Of a stretch of DNA of 64,000 nucleotides, positions 12,179 through 23,141 are shown piece by piece. Position 1 is the first letter of the stretch. The number at the start of each line of letters is the position of its first letter. Position numbers and translations under genes: made by a program. Origin of the DNA: Selaginella moellendorffii. Its lineage: Eukaryota > Plantae > Lycopodiophyta. The notes under the pieces were generated by a model. The model saw only the letters and a program-made list of their open reading frames with translations. It did not search any database and was not told where the DNA came from. The stretch is taken from contig NW_003314281.1 of assembly GCF_000143415.4 (NCBI RefSeq), positions 918,833-982,832 of the forward strand. The letters run 5' to 3'.

Positions 12179-12529
12179 CGTACGGATCAACAGTGTCGTC
12201 TTTGGATAAGTTTATCCACTGAACTTTGAGATTGGCTCTTCTTCTCTTTCTTGGCATCGTGTCGATCGTGATGTCTTTATCAGTCATTGACAATCGTCTC
12301 TGCTGGGGGAGGAATTTTAGACCATGCCAGCTTCGAGACTTGACGAGGCAACCTCTCCAACCTCTCACTCAGCCTCTTGAAGCTTGGATCGCAGCCGGGA
12401 GATGGCTGCAAGGAGAGATTTCAGTCTTACAACGCTACACCTTAAATCATGCACCTTCATGGGAAAGAAAAGAAAAAAGATTAGATCTTGCACAGAGAGA
12501 TCACGTTTGCGTACCCGGTAAACTATGTT

Positions 12530-13083
12530 TCATGGATCGAATCTCAAGGAAACAACACGGGATTGCCTGTTGTGCTTTGCTAGCCTCGTGAAAACGCTTG
12601 TAAAACACGAGGGCGCCCACCACGGGGTTCTAACCTCCTGTTCTCCTCGCAAGCACGCCACTGGGACAATCCAAAAACCAAGCCAGTGAGCTCGAAATCT
12701 CCGTGAAAACTTCTCAAAGCTAGCTCTAGCTCCACCTCATGAAGATGGAATCCAAGAGCGATATCACTGAACTCACCTTTGATGTTGCGCAGCTCTTTAC
12801 ATAGCGTGATGAAGTCCCCCCATTTCATATGACACCGCCGGATGAACCGAAGGATTTGTTCCGTAGTGAACGAGGATAAGTTATCGAGATACTCGCCGTT
12901 CACTCCATTTTGCTTGAACGTCTCCCTGTAACTCCCGAGCCCGATCTCTTCGAGCCAAACGCCAACGTCCTGGAGGCGCGAGCGAAAGAGACGAGTTAGA
13001 CGGCACACACAAGGAGAAGTCGTGTCTACCTCCGGTGTCCAGATGAAAAAGTCGAGCGGCTCCGGAGAAGATCCCGAGGTCAT
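12530..13083 (-). CDS. Small SAM (sterile alpha motif) domain protein, 3 coding exons
   Basis: PLDFFIWTPE|DVGVWLEEIGLGSY...HMKWGDFITLCKELRNIK|VACLRGEQEVRTPWWAPSC...RQSRVVSL, a conserved plant SAM family pattern. Confidence 0.85.
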
Positions 13084-14372
13084 CTTTGGTCGGGGACGAC
13101 GCTTCCGACAGTGGTGGTCGTCGGGAAGAACGAAGAAGATGAAGCTCAGCTCTTGGAATGAAGCAGCATGGCGATGATCTTCCTCATCTCCTCATCATGC
13201 TTTGAAGAGATAGAAAGAGAGGAGGGGGAAGAATTCTTGCTCGATGGAGTACCTGGAGTGGGATTTAGAGGCTCTTGCTCACCGACAGAGAAAATAAAGA
13301 TTTAAAATACCTTCCAAGCCAAACTATGGCGGCTTCCAAGCCAGAGGCAGCGTGTTCTTGCGCTGGACGCGAGCACCCTAAATTCCAGCAACGCGATTAG
13401 CTCACCAAGAAAAGAAAGCCACGAATTTCTCGATTAGAAGCTCCGCCGCAGCAAACGCTGGAGAATCGAGAATGCAGGGCCAAGAAATTCATCCGCGCGA
13501 CGCTCAGATTCGCGGGACGGGGAAGGGAGGCAAAATGCGGCACACTGGCAGATCGCTCACCTCCGAGAAAGAAAGTCTCCACAGCGAAGAGGGGCGCGAA
13601 GCGATGGAGGAGGAGAATTTCTTCGTAGCGGTGGGAGCGCGCTCTAATCTTGCTCGCGCCGCAGCTAACACAACACAGCCATAGCCAAAATAACCTAAAG
13701 AAGGAAAAGATAAAGCGATTTCCTCTTGTCTTTAGCAAGTTAAAACAAATAAACGGCACTGTGTTTAAAACAAACCAGGGATTTAATCTCTTAACGCATA
13801 TTCGAATACTAGCTTTTGATGATCTAATAGAAAGATTTATAATTATGAGCACTAGATACACATGTACTTTTAATACTCCACGAAAAAGTTTGTGAGTGCT
13901 TTTATAAACTTGGAAGCTATCCATTCCTTGCAAGTTTATAGAAAGGATCTCTTTTTGCTTCGCTTTGGACAGGAGTGCGGGACTCACAACACAATCCCTT
14001 TTAAAAGTTTAGAATCGATCAATCGTCTTTTTTTTTTCTCGCAGTGACAACTTAACCACAAAAGTTGGCCTATAGAATTCCTCAAGCAAAGCCTGGATCA
14101 AGCCTCAAAACTCCCGTGAGTGAAAGAAGGCAAGAAAAAAGAAAAAAAAGAAAAAAAAGAGAAAGAACTTTGGAAAGCAATTAACAAGAGCTTCTAAGAA
14201 TCGAGAGAGCGAGAGAAAGAGAAGGAACTGCGCTTGCTTCCTCGTTTTTCTTTCCTTTCTCTAGTTGATCTTCAAGTCTTCCTCCTCCAAACAGGAAAGC
14301 CTGGCTTGGCTCCTCACAAAACTTTTGCTGCGCTTTATAAACCATCTCCTCGAAACTTATTCCTGCCGGAGC

Positions 14373-16717
14373 TTAAGCCAGGTACCTGTAGAGCTTCCTG
14401 TCAACTTTGTCCCTCTCCAGAAACTCCCGCTCGATCAGCGACTCAATCCTCTTCTTGATCACCGCCGGATTCGGCAAGAACCTGGCCTGGAGCTGCTTCG
14501 TCACCTCGCTCACAATGTTGTTGTGATCCAGCACCCGCCGCGACTTCATGATCCTCACGATGGCCGCTTCGATCTGCGGCTTCCGGTCCTCCTCCACCTT
14601 CTGCCGCGTCTCCTGCTTCTCCGGCTCGCTCTCCTTCTGCGCAACCACCGTGCTGATCTTCACCTTGTAAAGCTTGCTCGCGAACTTGTCGTTGAAGAGG
14701 AACACGTCGTCCTCGTTGATGTCCTTGCTCATCGGCTCCTTCCGCAAGACGTTCTTGCCTTTGACGAGCGCCAGCGACTGCAAGCACCGCTTCAAGTCCG
14801 CGGCTGGAATGTCCGTCGCCTGCTCGATCTCCCTGTAAGTCACCTTGTCCGCCATGTTGAAGAGCATGAGCACGCACATCTGGTACGTGGAGACGTTGAG
14901 CTCGTGCCGCGCACCGTTGCCAAACGTAGCCTTGAGGTCCGCGGTTCCCATATTCGTTTGCCAGGTGAGGCGTCTCCCGGTGTGCGTCGACAAGTAGTAC
15001 GTCTTGAACTTGTCACACACCGAGAGGATCTCCGTCGGCAAGTTACACCTCGCGCCCGACTGCGTTGGCCAGGAGCCGGTTGTGAGAACCTGTACCGAGA
15101 GCGTCGGTGCCTCCCCTGGCTGCTCGCAGTTCGCCATCATCGAGCTAAAGCCTTGCATTGTGTCCCGGGACGTCTTCATGTCCGTGAACATCCCCTCGAG
15201 CTTGGACGTGAATTGGTAGCCGCACTCCGTCTTGAGCTTCACGATGAGGCTCCTCTCTGCGTCGTCCGAGATGGTTCTCCCGGAAAGGAGCCGCTTGGCG
15301 AGGTGCTGCTTGTAGTACTTCTCAAACACGTCCTTCTCCTGGAGGTAGCGGAAGAGCATCATCACTTTGTCCAGCACCGTCTCGATGTCCTCTTCGCTGA
15401 CGCCCTTGAGCCCCTTGCGGAGCTTGTCGTCCACGAACAGCGAGATGAACTCGGGCGACCGGGCATTGAGGTTGATGAAGTACTCAAACGCCGAGTTCAA
15501 GGCGTTCTGGAACGTCTTGTCGTTGCTAAACGAGGAGCGGATTATCCTGTCATACTTGTCCTTCTCGTCCAGGAGACGCTGCACGAACTCTACCGGGTCC
15601 TTGAGCCTCTCCGGGTCGACGACCAAGTTCTTGCCAACCTCCCTAAGATGTGAAGTCATGAGATCGCGAATCGTCTGGAGCCCTGTAGTGACCCGCCGGA
15701 AGAGACTATACATGCGAGCCAAGTCGTCATACTTGTCGTCAGTGAGCATCGAAACAAGCCCCGAGTTTTCCATCTCCACGAGCAGCTTCATGTGGTGGCC
15801 GATCATCTCCCTGTCCACAACAGATGTGATCTTTGGCTCGCTCCGAGGAAAGAGATAATGCGTCACCCTGTCCATCTCCTCGTTGAGCCTCCTCTCGGCC
15901 TTTTTCAAGTAGTCGGCACAGTCGCTGCTCTCGAGAAACTGCTGGGACTCTATCCTGTAAAAGTCCGCGGCCGCGTCCAGGAAAGGCTTCTCGAATTCCT
16001 CCTCGTACACCGCCACCCCCAAGTCCATCAACATCTTGGTGATGTTTCGCATCAAGCCTCTGTTGATCACTTCCCCCGTCCTCTCCCTGTGAACCAAGTC
16101 GAGCAGCGTATCTCTCAACCTGTCCTTGATCGTCGGGCATCTCACGATCGTGTCTCGCCACAAGTTTAGCCCCAGCTCGTGGACGGGGGTCTTGCTGGAG
16201 TTCTGTACGTAAGTCCTGTCCATGTACATGAGGATGTCCCGGATCATTTGTAGAGCTTTGTTGTGCTCGGACCATTTCCCGTTTAGCTCCTCGAGAAAGA
16301 GACCACCTTGCGCCGCCTCGATCACCCGAGAAAACTCTTGCAAATGCTGCGTCATCGTGGTTTCCAGCCCCGCGTAGAGCTTCTCTCCATACTTGTGAAG
16401 AACCATGTTGTAGGCATTCCTAGAAAGGAAGAAGAAAAAAGACTTAGAGCACAAGGAGGAAGAATGGATCTACTCTAAAGAATGCAAATTCACGAGGAGC
16501 AAAGCAAAGAAAATGGAATGGAATGGAATCGCGGCAAAGGAAAGTAAAGCACGAACCTGTAGAGCTCCTCAAAGCTCAAGCCGCTGGCGTTGCGATTGTA
16601 AATCTCGTGAATCGCATCCTCCAAAATCTTCCAGGTCTTCTCGGCATACCTGGGATCCATCTCGACCTTGTGCTTGAAGGGCTCGATCTTGAACGGCTTC
16701 TTCTTCGGCTGGCTCAT
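14373..16717 (-). CDS. CUL3: Cullin-3, canonical (2 exons)
   Basis: NASGLSFEELYR|NAYNMVLHK, MIRDILMYMDR, EKDVFEKYYKQHLAKRLL, VLTTGSWP, AAIVRIMKSR neddylation motif, IKKRIESLIEREFL. Confidence 0.96.
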
Positions 16718-17188
16718 CTTTGCCGGGGCCGGTCGATCTGCTCCAAGCTCTCCCCCTAGGGTTTCTTTGCCCGACCCCAGCGCCCTAGGGAATCGTCGCC
16801 ATGGATTGCCGTGGGGGCGAGAATTCGTAGCGTCGCGGGAAGGAACACCGCCACTGGGAGAATGCGCTAGGGCTTGCCAGACGAAGAGTTCGCCATAGCC
16901 ACTTTCTCCTTTCTTTATTTTTGTATACGCACGGGTTAATTTTTTTTCCCTCTTGTGCCATCTCAGCAATGCGCACCATGTCATAAGCTACAAGCTCTGG
17001 TAAAAATCGTGTTTCTTCGCGACGAAGTGTATTGCTACGATTGTCTCCCTCGAAAACTTTGGAAGAGATTGATCGAATCTCGCTCTATTGCCACCATTGT
17101 GTCGCTCGAAATCACTGCCAAAGATCGGTCGAATCTACTGTCACTCGATCTCTTTCTCTTTCTCAATCGACGAAACGAAAGCTTACTT

Positions 17189-18104
17189 TTAGTTTACGAA
17201 GAGTGCCCAGTCGTGAACTTTGAGTGTTCTAAGGATCGTCTGGAAGACTTCCAGCGCGGAAGAACAGCCAGCCACAGCCGCTGGAACTGCGAATCCCGAT
17301 CCAACCGATGCAGCGCTTTCGCTAAGAGCACTGGAGCAACGCAAAGGAAAAGATCAAATCACCACTCACTGCTCGCTCTTCGATTTCGCAGTACCTTATG
17401 TAAAGTGGCTCGTAGACGGAGATTAGAACATCAGTTTTCACGCTCCGCAGCCTCAGATTCGCCATATAAATCTGTGATATCGTCGATGAGATCTTAGAAC
17501 TCGTGATAGAAAAGCAAGGAACCTACTCTCACGATGTTAGCAGCGTCGGCACTTTGCCTGGATTTGGAGACTTTCTGGAAGAACAAATCGCGAAATTCTA
17601 GAAGAGAAACAAAGAATCGAGAGAGCATACCAGTTTTCCAACCGCGACGCCTTTGACAATCGATGGATCGAGGAAAGGAACATCTCCTGGTTGAAGCTGG
17701 CTCACGCTTTCCATTTCCTAAGCGCACGGAGAATGAGGAAAAACGAGAGAGATTGTTTCATACCATAAGAGCGTCCTGTTCGCTCGCAAGATCTTGCAAG
17801 AACCATGACGCGCTTTGCTCATCCGGAATCTCTGGCTTGAGCTCCAGAAGCTCCACAATCACGCTCTCGTCGCGTGATGCATCCGCAAAAACCTCCTATC
17901 GCCAAAGAAGTTTGTAAGAAATATTTTGAAACACTTAGCTCTTGCCTGATTATCTGGAACCTCCCTGATGTTGCTCACGGTCTAGAGATTCTCCACAGTG
18001 AATCAATCGATCAATCAAGAGAAGGACGAACAAACCTGGAATCTCGTGGGCAGCGAGCAGCTGATCGCGCCACCGAACAGGGGCTGCTCTGCGATGCGTT
18101 CCAT
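17189..18104 (-). CDS. MOG1: Ran guanine nucleotide release factor (Mog1/PsbP-like), 7 small exons
   Basis: Spliced: MERIAEQPLFGGAISCSLPTRFQ|TVSNIREVPDNQ|EVFADASRDESVIVELLE...WFLQDLASEQDA|...|KVSKSRQ...ANIVR|IYMANLRL...TDVLISVYEP|...LKVHDWALF; not visible in the ORF track. Confidence 0.88.
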
Positions 18105-18133
18105 AAACCCTAAAATATTTTCTAGGGTTCTTG
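18105..18133. promoter_or_regulatory. 29-bp divergent spacer with inverted telo-boxes
   Basis: AAACCCTA-AAATATTTT-CTAGGGTT between the MOG1 and ALKBH6 ATGs. Confidence 0.65.
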
Positions 18134-19160
18134 ATGGAGCTCAGCAAATATGTCGTGGGACGCGTCGATAGCATCTTCTACATTCCGGATTTCATCACTG
18201 CCGCCGAGCAGAGCTTCCTGCTCCATCAGGTAAGGCGCTTCATCGGTCGATCGAGGATTCATTCAGAGCATCCATTTTCTGTGTAGGTAAATTCCGCTCC
18301 TAGCTCGAAATGGAAGACGCTCACGAATCGGCGGCTCCAAAACTGGGGTAATCTCCCGGTTTTCTAGGATTTTTCTTGATCTTGCAGAGGATTTCTCAGG
18401 TGGAATCGTCGAATCGAATGGCCTCGTGCCTCAGCCATGTTGGTACATTCTCGCTCATTCTTTTTCCTTTCTATCTTAGCAGACTTCTAAGAGAATTTGA
18501 TGATTCCAACAGTGCCTTCTTGGCTCATAAAGGTCACCGAGAAGATTTCTAGCGTGACAGGACTGTTTCCATCGCCGATCAATCACGTCCTCGTCAATGA
18601 ATATCTTCCGGGCCAGGGAATCATGGTAAGTTTATCATGATTTCTTCCAAAACTGTGATTTTCTCTTCGTTCATGCTCGCAGCTCCATCAAGATGGTCCA
18701 AGCTATTTTCCCGTAGTAGCAATTCTCTCTCTCGGCGCACCAACTCTGATGAGATTCAAACCGCACCTTCGATTGATCGAAGCCACGAAGGATTTGGAAA
18801 AAGCGCCAGAGAACACAAGCGTGGCTTTGCTGCCTGGAAGCTTGCTAATCTTCAAAGATGCTGCCTATCAAGGTAACTGCAAAGCCTTCTTCCTTCCAAG
18901 CAGTTCTTCTTCTCATCGTTTTCTCGAGTCTCAGACTATCTCCATGGGATTGACGAATCCAGAGAGCATCGTCTGGACGACAATGTAAGCTCGATCTTTT
19001 CCCAGTTTCTATGTTTCGATTAAAAACCGTGGCTGATTTTCAGGTCTCTAACACGCATCTTCTCGATCCAAAAACATCCATTCTCCAGCAAAACGAAGCT
19101 CGCGTTTCTCTCACTTGCCGTTTCGTTCCAAAGCTCCGGCGAAATTTCATCAAACTATAG
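18134..19160 (+). CDS. ALKBH6: AlkB homolog 6 (Fe/2OG dioxygenase), multi-exon
   Basis: FYIPDFIT, KWKTLTNRRLQNWG, INHVLVNEYLPGQGIM|LHQDGP (HxD), YLHGI, RVSLTCR. Confidence 0.9.
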
Positions 19161-19199
19161 ACATGACAGTTGCAATTTCATCAAACTATAGACATGACA
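19143..19199 (+). repeat. 26-bp direct tandem duplication spanning the ALKBH6 stop codon
   Basis: AATTTCATCAAACTATAGACATGACA at 19143-19168 and 19174-19199. Confidence 0.9.
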
Positions 19200-19283
19200 A
19201 CACTAGAGACATAGAAAATGCTTGTACTGAGAATATACCGGTTTAAAAAGGTTTTAAAGGAGGGAGGCAGCTCCTCCCAATCC

Positions 19284-21585
19284 ATGGCGGCGGCGAAGCG
19301 AGGGGCGCGCTCCAAGGCGGCGGCGGTGGCGATCGAGGCGCCGGCGCCAAAGAAGATCCGGATCAATCCCGTGGTAAGGCGCTACCCTATCGATGTGCAG
19401 GGTAGCTCGCGCGTGCTCCAGAACGCGATCGGCGAGATATTTCGGCGCAGCAATGCCAGCGGCCTCAGCTTCGAGGAGCTCTACAGGTAAAACTGGGATT
19501 GTCGTTTGATCGATCGGGCGATCTTTCCATGGCAGGCATGCCTTTAATCTTTGCCAGGGCAATCACGCCGCTAAGCTCTACCAGATGTTTCGCGAAGAGC
19601 TCATCCGGAACCTCGCGGTCTACCGGGATGGCGTGTTCGCGGCCGCCGACACTGGATCCATGTTTGAGGTCTTGGACGAGAAGTGGCTGGAATTCTCGCG
19701 AGCGCTCCAGCTGATCAGGGCTTTGCTGAGTTGCATGGACAGGACCTATGTGATCCGGTACAGGGAGAGGTCCGTCTATGACTTGGGGCTGGAGCTATGG
19801 AAGGTGGAGGTGGTGAGCTCGCCAAAGCTGCAAGCCGCGCTCACGGCTTTTCTCCTGGGCGAGATCCACAAGGAGAGGTCCGGGGAGATGATTGACAGGA
19901 GCAAGATGAGGAGGGCTGTGCAAATGCTCATCGAGCTCGACTACAAGATATATCTTCTCGTGGTGGAGGAACCATTCATCTCGGCTTCCAAGGATTTCTA
20001 CTCGATCGAGAGCCAGCAGCTGCTGGCTTGCGGGGACTGCTCCGCGATGCTCAAGAGGGTGGAGCGACGACTCAAGGAGGAAAGCATGAGAGTGTCGCGG
20101 TACCTCTCGGAGAAAACTGGGCCAAAGATCAGCAGGGTGGTGGTGGATATCTTCGTCGGGAAGAACATAAAGCAGCTGGTGGATATGGAGAACACGGGGC
20201 TCGAATTCATGCTTTCACAGGACAGGTTGGACGACTTGGCACGCATGTACGAGTTTTTGCAACACTGGGAAGAAGGAGGGAAAGAAATTCTAGATGGTTT
20301 GACGAGGCATATCAAAGCAAACGGTGCGCAGCTCGTCCAGGATCCCGAGCGGCAGAAGGATCCGGTGGCTTTCATCCAGCTGCTGCTAAGTTTCAAGGAG
20401 AAGTACGACGCGATAGTGAGCTCTTCGTTCAAGAGAAACAAGGCCGTGGCCGCGGGTTTGGAGGTGGCTTTCGCAGAGGTCGTCAACTTAAACCGCAGGC
20501 TACCGGAGTTTCTTTCGTTGTTCCTGGATAACAAGCTTAGGCAAGGTGGCAAATCGGATAGTGGTGGCTCGGACGATCCGGAAGCCTTCATGGACAAGGC
20601 GATGCTCATCTTCCGGTACATCAACGAAAAGGACATGTTTGAGAAGTACTACAAGCACCACCTCGCGAAACGGCTGCTCCTGTCCAAGTTCGCCGAGGAC
20701 GAGCTCGAGAGGAGCCTCATCCTCAAGATCAAGACGGTGTGCGGCTACCAGTTCACGAGCAAGATCGAGACCATGCTCAAGGACATGAGGACCTCGGAGG
20801 ATCTCATGCAGCGGTTTAGGAACATGCAGGCAAACATCAACGCGGCGGTGAACATCAACGTCCAGGTGCTCACCACCGGATCCTGGCCGGCGTACGCGTC
20901 GTCCTCGCAGTGCATACTCCCGAGAGAGGTCCACGGGCTGTGCGAGAGGTTCAAGACGTTCTACCTCATGCAGCACAGGGGCCGGCGGCTAACTTGGCAA
21001 GGAAACCTCGGCTCAGCGGACTTGAAGCTCACCATCGACGACACCACGAAGACGCTGAGCTGCTCGACGTACCAGATGTGCATCCTCATGCTCTTCAACG
21101 ATTCCGACCGGCTGAGCTACAAGGAGATCAAGGACGCGACGGGGATCCAGCAGGCGTCGGAGCTCAAGAGAAACTTACAGTCGCTGGCGCTGGTCCGGGG
21201 CAAGAACGTCCTCCGCAAGGAGCCCATGAGCAAGGAGATTGGCGAGACGGACGTGTTCGTGTTCAACGAGGCGTTCACGAGCAAGCTGGCCAAGATCAAG
21301 ATCTGCACGGTGGCGGCGCAGAAGGAGACTGGCGAGGAGAACTCCCGGACGAGGGAGACGATTGAGAGCGACCGGAACCCGCAGATCGAGGCGGCCATTG
21401 TCCGGGTGATGAAGTCGAGGCAGCGGATGGAGCACAACAATCTGGTGAGCGAGGTGATTGCGCAGCTCCAGTCGCGATTCACTCCAAACCCGGCGGTGAT
21501 CAAGAAGCGAATCGAGGCACTTATCGAGAGAGATTACCTCGAGCGGGACAGAGATGACAGGAGAACGTACTGCTACTTGGCATGA
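19284..21585 (+). CDS. Divergent Cullin-3-like protein (exon 19284-19486, 49-nt intron, exon 19536-21585)
   Basis: NASGLSFEELYR|HAFNLCQG, EKDMFEKYYKHHLAKRLL, VLTTGSWP, AAIVRVMKSR, IKKRIEALIERDYL; same intron position as the neighbouring CUL3. Confidence 0.92.
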
Positions 21586-21975
21586 AGAAGAAGAAAAAGA
21601 TCTTCTTCTCGACTGGATCGGATCAGCAAGATGGCCGGCGTGTGGCGACATTCCGTCTTTTTTTTTTTTTTAACACTTTTTCGTCTTGCTCACTGCATTA
21701 CAGGTTGGTCCACGTCCCAATCCAAGAGTGAGAGACATGGAGAGGTTTTCGTCGTCTTTATTCCAAAGAAGCGAAAGTACCACTCCTACAAAAAGAAGAG
21801 GTCCTAAGGCTTGCATTTCTTTCGAACACACCAAGGAAGGTGGCGGTCGCGTCATACGGTCCAAATGTTTGTAAAGATGCTGCAATTGCCCACCTCACTC
21901 ACTTTTTCCCCTTTCCGGCCTTTAGAATCCACAGCCTTTAACGATGCTCCTCGATAGAACAGAATCTTCAGCGGC

Positions 21976-22077
21976 GGTCAACATAGGTCAAACTCAGTCA
22001 AAGACGGTCAGGCAAGTGTCAGCAAGCCGGTCAAAGAAAATGTCAATGACGGTCAACATAAGGTCAACCAGAGTCAA
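21976..22077. promoter_or_regulatory. Array of W-box (TTGACY) elements upstream of the HMA gene
   Basis: Ten co-oriented GTCA cores, seven of them perfect RGTCAA; GACGTGG at 22091; TATAAA at 22249. Confidence 0.7.
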
Positions 22078-22364
22078 CTCAAGAGACAGCGACGTGGAGA
22101 GTGGGGCCCGGCTGGCACTACTAAGGCTCAACGTATCGCGGGTAAAAGATGGAAGGCACTCCTTTGTGTGTGTGTTTTGTCACAAGTTTGCTTGCGCTCT
22201 AGCGTTTGCTTAGCATGCCTATGAGCCAAAAAGCAAAAGAAAAAGAAATATAAAGTGGCTGTCTGCCTCGAGCGAGATAAGAGGCACCCTCTCGAGTAGC
22301 TCCTCTCGTCTCTCTCTCTCTCTCGACCGCGAAAGGAGACAATCAATCAATCGCGTTTGTAGCA

Positions 22365-23044
22365 ATGAGGAAGGTATTTGGAATCTCTGATCACAGTGTA
22401 ACTGATTTCATCTGATATCTACATTTCTCTTTGTTTTTTGTGTGGCGGCCCCCCTTATCCTCGATCGATTCCTCTCCCCTCTCGCAGCTCACTTTGAAGG
22501 TTTCTATGTCCTGCGGCAAGTGCAAGGACAAGCTCGTGAAGCAGCTCAGCGAGGTCCCAGGTAGGAAGCCACGAAACAAATTCGCTTTTTTGAGCGATCC
22601 GTGAGAGGGAACTTCTTTGCAGGCGTGAGCAAAGTGGAGCTAGTTGACGGCTCGACGCTGGTCATCACCGGCGACTTCAAGGCGAACGAGGTGCTGGAGG
22701 CGAGCGGCAAGCGGCGAAAGTGCCTGGCGGTGGAGTCCATGGAGGAGCTGCCGGATCCTCCGCCACCGCCACCGCCGGAGCCGGAGCAACCCTCGGCGCC
22801 GCCCGAGCCGGAGCCAGCGCCGCCCGAGCCGCCCAAGCCCGAGGAGGAGCCGCCAAAGCCCGCGGAGGAGCCGCCGAAAGAGGAGCCCCCTCCTCCGCCA
22901 CCAACGCAAGTCATCTGCGTGGATACATGGCCCAGCGAGTTCGCAAAGATTGGAAAGCTCCCCGGCGGCATCATCGTCCTCGTCAAGAATTTGATCCTCT
23001 GCCCCCACAACAACCAAGTCTCCGACTGTGATTCCTGCTGCTAG
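22365..23044 (+). CDS. Pro/Glu-rich heavy-metal-associated (HMA) domain protein, HIPP/Pi21-like
   Basis: Exons 22365-22373, 22488-22560, 22623-23044: MRK|LTLKVSMSCGKCKDK...|GVSKVE...LVITGDF, PEPPKPEE tract, ends DCDSCC. Confidence 0.85.
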
Positions 23045-23141
23045 TAGCTTGATCAGTTTGAGGTACGTAGAGATCATCGCCGAATAACTTCTAGAAACTT
23101 CACTCCTCCCCAACTCGAAGAATCTAATAAAAATCAAAACT

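Noticed and set aside
13397-13987. 196-aa minus-strand ORF
   Set aside because: Non-ATG start, spans AT-rich intergenic sequence and the SAM gene leader, no recognisable motifs
14265-15653. 462-aa + strand ORF antisense to CUL3 (and similar shadow ORFs over CUL3-like, the PPRs, TZF and HMA genes)
   Set aside because: Explained by high GC3 codon bias on the sense strand suppressing antisense stops; the compositions (L/V/H/R-rich) have no domain signal
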